64,000 bases of DNA from an uncultured Candidatus Saccharibacteria bacterium (GTDB taxonomy: Bacteria > Patescibacteriota > Minisyncoccia > Phycocordibacterales > EsbW-18). The position numbers were made by a program, and so were the translations under genes. The stretch lies in NCBI GenBank assembly GCA_964520295.1, contig CAZFMQ010000001.1:7048-71047 (forward strand). Direction: 5' to 3'. A model generated the notes under the pieces. The model did not search any database. It saw only the letters and a list, made by a program, of their open reading frames with translations, and was not told the origin of the DNA. Below are positions 58,243 through 64,000 of this stretch, in pieces; position 1 is the first letter of the stretch, and the number at the start of each line of letters is the position of its first letter.

Positions 58243-58397
58243 ATTCGCATACTCAAAATGTGCTAAAATACCCTTACAAGGCTTGAACGTGTGGGTACTT
58301 AACCCACGTAGCCCGCACTAAAAACCTGTTATCGGTAGACCCGAGTACTCAGGTGCACATATTTAAATGCGACAGAATATCGCGTCTTATCGTGAAG

Positions 58398-58775
58398 CTA
58401 CTGCAACGTAACGGTTGCGTTTAGTTTGTGATACGCGCGATACGAAAGTATGAGTACTATCATGCACACTGCAGGCAAAATGAGCATTGAGGACATGCCA
58501 TAGACAATTGCCAAACTTGCAAATGCGAACATGAAGTCAAAACCAAATCCAACGTATGCCCATTCCTTGATGCGTGCCGGAATGGCAGGAATAATCAAAA
58601 TGAGTGCACCAAGCACCTTGCAGATGGTCAGCAACGTGCCGAAGTAATCAGGGTAGCCGAGCGCGCGAATACCTTCGCGCGCCAATTCGGTGTGCGAGGT
58701 GAGTGCGGGCACGACACCTTCAAATAAAAAGATAAAGGTAGTGGTAACCCAAAAAAGTATTTTTGTTTTTTTCAT
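58398..58775 (-). CDS. DoxX-family membrane protein
   Basis: 4 TM; MKKTKILFWVTTTFIFLFEGVVPALT…. Confidence 0.55.
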   Translation of the reverse strand: MKKTKILFWVTTTFIFLFEGVVPALTSHTELAREGIRALGYPDYFGTLLTICKVLGALILIIPAIPARIKEWAYVGFGFDFMFAFASLAIVYGMSSMLILPAVCMIVLILSYRAYHKLNATVTLQ

Positions 58776-58813
58776 ACAGCATTGAGTGTACTTCATTTTT
58801 AGACAGGCGTACA

Positions 58814-59059
58814 ATGACGTGTATGGCAGATATCATTGTGCAGGTCAAAGTGCGGGCGGGCGCCAAAACAGAGAGTGTTGAGGAGATAGGGCAACACACT
58901 TTGAAAGTACGCGTGACGACGGCACCAGAAAAAGGAAAAGCAAACAAGCGTGTGGCCGAATTGGTGGCACAGCATTATCACGTGCCTGTATCGTGCGTTA
59001 TTCTGACGTCGGGAAGCACCTCACCAGAGAAGCGTTTTTTGATTTCAGGCGTGCAGTAA
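58814..59059 (+). CDS. DUF167/YggU-family small protein
   Basis: IIVQVKVRAGAKTESVEEIGQHTLKVRVTTAPEKGKANKRVAELVAQHYHVPVSCVILTSG. Confidence 0.55.
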   Translation: MTCMADIIVQVKVRAGAKTESVEEIGQHTLKVRVTTAPEKGKANKRVAELVAQHYHVPVSCVILTSGSTSPEKRFLISGVQ

Positions 59060-59137
59060 TGCGCGTGGTATACTGTAATAAGAAACCGATGTTTATTATG
59101 TATCAAGCGCGCGATGCGCGCATAACCATCTCATACT

Positions 59138-59851
59138 ATGAAACGATTTCTTATTACGTTGTCTATTCTTGTTGTCGCATTGTTGGGTATTAAGTTTTTG
59201 GCGCCAACCATAGAAACACCTACGCCGGCATCTACTGCGGCAACATTTTCTGACGGCACTACACACGTTGATGCATCGTTTGATAACGAAGCACACACCG
59301 TTACGTTCACACATGAAGCAACGGGCGAGATAACACTGCCACAGGCGGTATCAGCAAGTGGCGCACGATATGCGAACGAAGACGAGAGCATTGTGTTTTG
59401 GGAACATCAAGGTGAGGTAACTATTACAAAAGATGACGAGACCGTCTTTCAAGGTGACGTACAAGAAGATGTAGAGACGCCAGAAGAGCCGTCAGCAACT
59501 GTAGCAACACCTGCAGAGTTGGTTGGTACATGGGAGTGGCAGAAAACAGAGATGAATGATGATTCAGAGGTGGTGCCTACGGAGGCGGGAGCGTTTACCT
59601 TGACGTTTGCGCAAGATGGACGAGTGTCGGGTACCACGGATTGTAACAATTATATGGGAAGCGTAACGGTAGATGGCTCATCTTTGAGCTTCGGTCAGCT
59701 AGCAAGCACGATGATGTATTGCGAGGGTTCACAGGAAAGTGTCTTTACGCGTGCACTTATGGATGTGGCAACGTACGTTTTTGATGCAGAAGGCAACCTG
59801 GTGCTCAATATAAAATTTGATTCGGGTAATATGCATTTCGTGAAGCAGTAG
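59138..59851 (+). CDS. Secreted MliC-like plus META (HslJ-like) two-domain protein
   Basis: Signal peptide. MliC-like TFSDGTTHVDASFDNEAHTVTFT…ARYANEDESIVFWEHQGEVTI. META LVGTWEW…FTLTFAQDGRVSGTTDCNNYMGSVTVDG.SLSFGQLASTMMYC. Confidence 0.55.
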   Translation: MKRFLITLSILVVALLGIKFLAPTIETPTPASTAATFSDGTTHVDASFDNEAHTVTFTHEATGEITLPQAVSASGARYANEDESIVFWEHQGEVTITKDDETVFQGDVQEDVETPEEPSATVATPAELVGTWEWQKTEMNDDSEVVPTEAGAFTLTFAQDGRVSGTTDCNNYMGSVTVDGSSLSFGQLASTMMYCEGSQESVFTRALMDVATYVFDAEGNLVLNIKFDSGNMHFVKQ

Positions 59852-59942
59852 TGGGGAACAAAGCACCCGAAGTGCCAAGAGCACTTCGGGTGCTTTTCTG
59901 TTAGTATGAACTCACTTCATTATTCATAACTATACACAATGT

Positions 59943-60521
59943 ATGGCACTCAATATAAAAGTGATTGCGGGTAGTGTTCGTGAAGGGCGTTTTGCCGACA
60001 GAGCAGCACAGTGGATTGCGGGAGCATTAGCAAACCAAAATGATGTAACGGTGGAGGTCATTGATTTGCGTGACTACGACATGCCGTTTTTCAACGAAGT
60101 ACAAACACCATCATCAAAAACACAACCGTATACGCACGAAGCGGTGGCGCGGTTCACACAAAAGATTGCAGAAGGCGATGCCTTCGTCATTGTGACGCCG
60201 GAATATAATCACAGCACTTCAGGCGTTCTGAAGAATGCGATGGATTGGGTTTTTCAAGAATGGCAAAACAAACCTGTTGCATTTGTGAGTTATGGTTCGG
60301 TGGGCGGTGCGCGCGCTGTAGAGCACTTGCGCCTCATTGCCATTGAGCTACAGATGGCGCCGATTCGCAACGCGGTGCACATGCCTGGCGCGCAGTATTT
60401 TCCTGTACTTATGGGGCAGGCAGATGCACAGGAGCTATTCGCGAGCATGCAGAAAGCGGCAGACGGTATGATTTCCCAGCTGATTTGGTGGGCGCAGGCG
60501 CTCAAAACCGCCCGTGGTTAG
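59943..60521 (+). CDS. NAD(P)H-dependent FMN reductase
   Basis: KVIAGSVREGRF…FVIVTPEYNHSTSGVLKNAMDW. Confidence 0.75.
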   Translation: MALNIKVIAGSVREGRFADRAAQWIAGALANQNDVTVEVIDLRDYDMPFFNEVQTPSSKTQPYTHEAVARFTQKIAEGDAFVIVTPEYNHSTSGVLKNAMDWVFQEWQNKPVAFVSYGSVGGARAVEHLRLIAIELQMAPIRNAVHMPGAQYFPVLMGQADAQELFASMQKAADGMISQLIWWAQALKTARG

Positions 60522-60590
60522 TATTTGGCACTAGGCAGAGGTATACTAGAGGTCATCATTAGTAAGAGTAGTTAGTTGTAATTTTTTTTT

Positions 60591-61175
60591 ATGACAGAAG
60601 AATCAATGTCATCATCTGCACCAGCAGGTGGTGCAAAGTGGGGTATTGCGCTCATCATCGGTGTCTTGCTCCTCGGAGGTTGGGCATTGTTTGGTCGCAA
60701 TGGCGGCTCAAGTGTAGACATGGGCGGTTCAGGTGACACCATTCAAGGATCATTGAAAGAATTGATTGCGCTTGGTGGTAATCGCACCTGTACCTACACT
60801 ATTACAACTCCAGATGGTGATATGGAAGGTGTTGTGTACACTGCAGGTGGTTCATCACGCAGTGATGTCACATTTACTTCAAGTGAGGGTGCGATGACCA
60901 TGCACTCAATCACTGACAGTGAGTACATGTACTCATGGTCTGATGCGATGGCGTTTGGTGTGAAGATGCGTTTGTCAGATGTAGAAAATGCATCTGCAGA
61001 TACATCAGCAGATGCATCAGCGGGAAATAAGGCGGATGCGTACACGCAGTCAGTTGATTTTGATTGTAAAAACTGGTCAGCGGATGCGTCAGTATTCGCA
61101 CCTCCAACATCTGTGGACTTCCAGGATATGTCCGACATGATGCAACAGATGCAACAAATGCAGGGACAACAGTAG
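60591..61175 (+). CDS. Hypothetical membrane-anchored secreted protein with a Gln/Met-rich C-terminus
   Basis: TM WGIALIIGVLLLGGWALFG; no recognised domain. Confidence 0.35.
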   Translation: MTEESMSSSAPAGGAKWGIALIIGVLLLGGWALFGRNGGSSVDMGGSGDTIQGSLKELIALGGNRTCTYTITTPDGDMEGVVYTAGGSSRSDVTFTSSEGAMTMHSITDSEYMYSWSDAMAFGVKMRLSDVENASADTSADASAGNKADAYTQSVDFDCKNWSADASVFAPPTSVDFQDMSDMMQQMQQMQGQQ

Positions 61176-61296
61176 GGGGCAGAGTGAAGGCAAGGAAAAG
61201 AGTCCGAATTCCGACTTGTTGGGATTCGGACTCTTGTTTTTAGCGCCCGAAGCGCTACAAGCGCTTCGGGCGCTCAGTGTCTCGTGCCTCATGACT

Positions 61297-62004
61297 TCAG
61301 TGCGCCACCGCAATGCAAAGAATGCGGCGCGCGCCCGCGGCACGCAGGGCGCGCGCCATATCCGACATTGTCGCGCCACTTGTCGTTACATCATCAATGA
61401 CGAGTATGTTTTTATCGCGCACCGCCTCCGTGTCAGTAACAACGAAGACGTTATGCGCATTTTTTTGTCGCTCAGAACGTGAACGCGTCAGTGTTTGACT
61501 TTCTCGATGTGTTACTCGTCCGACGCAGTGTGGCGCGTACATACAGACGTCTGCAGAAGCATGGGACACAAAACTGTGCGCAATCTCACCTGCATGATTG
61601 TAACCACGTTTGCGTTTTTTTCGTGGAGACATAGGTACGGGGACTACGAACCACGGCATACCACACATGAGCGTATGGACTGCCACATCCTCTCCGTATA
61701 TATCCCACATGACTGCGCCCAACATATGACAGACCGATTTTTTACCACGATATTTACCAACGTGGATTGCCGTGCGCACGAGTGCATCGCGATACACAAA
61801 AGGAGATAGCGTATAGGGCTTTTTTCGCACAACGTGCGCATGTCTGCGGGCGGCGCACTGCATAAAGTCCGTGGCGGTCATTGCGGCCACCCGCCTTTCT
61901 TCCGACGTCAACGGAAAAAAGAAATCAATGAGAGCGTGAAATATGGCGCGTATGCTATGCATAGTGTCTGCGGGGCGTGTATAAAATGGTATACTACAGG
62001 GCAT
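61297..62004 (-). CDS. comF: ComF-family phosphoribosyltransferase-domain protein
   Basis: C-terminal NILVIDDVTTSGATMSDMARAL PRTase motif. Confidence 0.6.
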   Translation of the reverse strand: MPCSIPFYTRPADTMHSIRAIFHALIDFFFPLTSEERRVAAMTATDFMQCAARRHAHVVRKKPYTLSPFVYRDALVRTAIHVGKYRGKKSVCHMLGAVMWDIYGEDVAVHTLMCGMPWFVVPVPMSPRKKRKRGYNHAGEIAHSFVSHASADVCMYAPHCVGRVTHRESQTLTRSRSERQKNAHNVFVVTDTEAVRDKNILVIDDVTTSGATMSDMARALRAAGARRILCIAVAH

Positions 62005-62022
62005 AAAATAGTTCTAAAGTGC

Positions 62023-63156
62023 ATGTCTGAATTATTAGATACACTCAAAAAAGTTGTCGGTGATCTTACAAAGCCAAAACCAAAAAGCGTTCTTGGTATT
62101 GACGTATCATCATCCACTATAAAAGTGGTGCAGTTGGGGCGCGTGAAAGGTCGCGCAGTACTTGAAACATACGGTGCGCTTGCACTCGGACCTTACGCGG
62201 GTGTAGAACCGGGCAAGGTAACGAGTTTATCACCGGATAAAATTGGTGAAGCACTCATTGACCTTCTCAAGGAAGCAAAAACATCAACGACGGCGTGTGG
62301 TATTGCTATTCCGCTTTCATCATCGCTCATCAATGTGATTTCAATGCCGAATGTGGGCGAGGCAAAACTAAAAGAAATGGTGCCGTTGGAGTTGCGCAAG
62401 TACGTGCCGGTGTCTATCAATGAAGTCATGGTGGATTGGCGTGTCGTACCGCGCATTGAGGCGCAAACGCGTGAGGAAGTTGAGAAAGAACGAGAAGAGG
62501 AAAAAAATAAAAAAGTAGAAGTGCTAACGGTCGCTATTCATAAAGAGACTATTGATCGCTATACGCAGATGGTACACAAGGCGGGTTTGCAAGCATCATT
62601 CTTTGAAATAGAAGTGTTCTCTACGATTCGCACAACGATGGAAGAGGAGTTAGCACCGACGATGGTTATCGGCCTCGGTGCGGGTACGACGAAGGTGTAC
62701 ATTGTTGATCGCAAAGTATTGCGCGAATCGCACATCGTCAATCGTGGTTCGCAAGAAATCACCCTGGCACTGACGAAGGGACTTGGCGTGTCGCAACAAC
62801 AAGCAGAAGAAATGAAAAAAACATACGGTGTGCTGTTGCAGGGAGTAGGTGCCGATGTAGGGCAAATTTCCTCACTTGTCGTTGATGCGATATTAGGTGA
62901 GGTACAGCGTGTGATGCTGGCGTATCAGCGCAAGTATTCGCGCAACATTAGTCGCGTGATTTTAACGGGCGGTGGCATCATCATTCCGGGTATTGTGGAT
63001 CGCGTGCACGAAACGTTGCAAGTAGATGTATCAGTTGCCAATCCATTCATGAAAGTTGAGGCCCCAGCGTTTCTTGGTGATGTACTCAAACAAGTAGGAC
63101 CTGAGTTTGATGTGGCAATAGGCGTTGCGTTACGCAAACTTGAAGAATCCGCGTAA
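62023..63156 (+). CDS. pilM: Type IV pilus assembly protein PilM (actin-like ATPase)
   Basis: VLGIDVSSSTIKVVQLGR…; ASKHA fold; followed by a PilN-like gene. Confidence 0.8.
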   Translation: MSELLDTLKKVVGDLTKPKPKSVLGIDVSSSTIKVVQLGRVKGRAVLETYGALALGPYAGVEPGKVTSLSPDKIGEALIDLLKEAKTSTTACGIAIPLSSSLINVISMPNVGEAKLKEMVPLELRKYVPVSINEVMVDWRVVPRIEAQTREEVEKEREEEKNKKVEVLTVAIHKETIDRYTQMVHKAGLQASFFEIEVFSTIRTTMEEELAPTMVIGLGAGTTKVYIVDRKVLRESHIVNRGSQEITLALTKGLGVSQQQAEEMKKTYGVLLQGVGADVGQISSLVVDAILGEVQRVMLAYQRKYSRNISRVILTGGGIIIPGIVDRVHETLQVDVSVANPFMKVEAPAFLGDVLKQVGPEFDVAIGVALRKLEESA

Positions 63157-63249
63157 CACGAAGGGGCTCCGCCCCGCACAACAAAGATATGCACACATCG
63201 TATTCGTTTTGATGTGCAACCTGTTCTATACTAAAGACATATAACGCTC

Positions 63250-63972
63250 ATGGCGGAGCAATTTCAGACATCATTCATTCCGAAGAAAGCCGTGGAGACA
63301 CAAGCACCACAGGGCGGTTTTTCAGGTGCAGGTATCGCATCATTCATCGGCATTCTCTCATTGGTTGTGTCGGTGGCATTGGCAGGTGGTGTATTTGCCT
63401 ACGATATATATCTCAACAATGCCATTACGCGCAAAGAAGCACAGTTGCAACAACAGCGCGATGCATTTGCACCAGAGGTGATTCGTGACATGTCACGCTT
63501 GAGTACAAAAATCTCCGTATCAGAAAATCTGCTGACACAGCACATTGCCACATCAGAAATATTCAATTTGTTGCAAGCGCTGACACTGCAAACGGTGCGT
63601 TTCACTTCATTCTCATTCAGTACGACTGAAAAGGGTATTCAAGTAACGATGCAAGGGGAAGGTCTGTCGTTTACATCGGTGGCATTGCAGGCAGACGAAT
63701 TTGCTCGTAACGCAAACTTCACCGGTACTGTCTTTTCATCATTTGCCCTCAACAATGTCGGTAACGTAACATTTTCAGTTATAACGACGGTCAATCCAAA
63801 AATTATTTCGTATCCTGAAAGTGTAACGAAGCGGGGAACAGCAGTGATGGACGTGCCAGTGCAACCAGTTGCGACTGTACCGCAGGAACAGTCGTTGCCA
63901 GCTCCGGAAGAAGCACAAGCAGTACAAGCACCCGAAACACCCGAAGCAGTTGAGAATCCCCAAACATTCTAA
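63250..63972 (+). CDS. pilN: PilN-like bitopic membrane protein
   Basis: N-terminal TM IASFIGILSLVVSVALAGGVFAY, then coiled coil NNAITRKEAQLQQQRD; position after pilM. Confidence 0.5.
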   Translation: MAEQFQTSFIPKKAVETQAPQGGFSGAGIASFIGILSLVVSVALAGGVFAYDIYLNNAITRKEAQLQQQRDAFAPEVIRDMSRLSTKISVSENLLTQHIATSEIFNLLQALTLQTVRFTSFSFSTTEKGIQVTMQGEGLSFTSVALQADEFARNANFTGTVFSSFALNNVGNVTFSVITTVNPKIISYPESVTKRGTAVMDVPVQPVATVPQEQSLPAPEEAQAVQAPETPEAVENPQTF

Positions 63973-64000
63973 ATATATATGCGTTTTATCACAGGTATCA

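Overview
This window looks like a Candidatus Parcubacteria-type (CPR/Patescibacteria) chromosome segment, mixing a conserved core with several accessory insertions.

Core genes:
- A ribosomal-protein super-operon reads rpsL-rpsG-fusA, then (after a break) rpsS-rplV-rpsC-rplP-rpmC-rpsQ-rplN-rplX-rplE, then (after an inserted gene) rpsN(type Z)-rpsH-rplF-rplR-rpsE-rplO-secY-adk-map.
- rpmD (L30) is absent, and rplA/rplJ/rplL do not follow rplK. This is the r-protein pattern reported for the L1-lacking Parcubacteria subgroup.
- Also present: secD-secF-secE-nusG-rplK, rplT/rpmI, argS, ileS, ndk, a MutY-like glycosylase, tRNA-Ser(GCU), and pilM/pilN plus a type IV pilin.

Accessory content:
1. A 5'-truncated tail-fibre-like protein with a peptidase-S74 chaperone domain, followed by a membrane-anchored protein with four LamG lectin domains. 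These are candidate adhesins.
2. Visibly G+C-richer inserts carrying strong Shine-Dalgarno sites, which the core genes lack. They comprise an 81-aa ORF between fusA and rpsS where tuf-S10-L3-L4-L23-L2 are expected, a 183-aa ORF between rplE and rpsN, a four-gene nucleotide-metabolism island (cytidylyltransferase, dCMP-deaminase fusion, HIT, diverged ThyA) bounded by an 89-bp tandem duplication of the rplK 3' end, and a 278-aa beta-rich membrane protein.
3. An 870-aa charged protein plus a TraG/VirD4-like coupling ATPase sitting where infA…rplQ normally lie.
4. A tightly packed five-gene secreted/surface-protein operon (about 43.7-51.1 kb). It contains a 1086-aa protein with six ~105-aa tandem repeats, a small paralog sharing its C-terminal LPQRT…WGI module, a C-terminally anchored two-Ig-domain protein, and a MopE-like Cys/Asp-motif protein. 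The organisation parallels WxL/Csc cell-surface complexes and is my best candidate for an undescribed system.
5. An IleRS carrying an embedded histidine-phosphatase (PGAM-like) domain.
6. A tRNA-Ser-adjacent AT-rich two-gene mini-island flanked by 15-bp direct repeats.
7. MITE-like structured intergenic elements around rpsL-rpsG.

All calls are by eye from motifs. No database searches or composition calculations were run.
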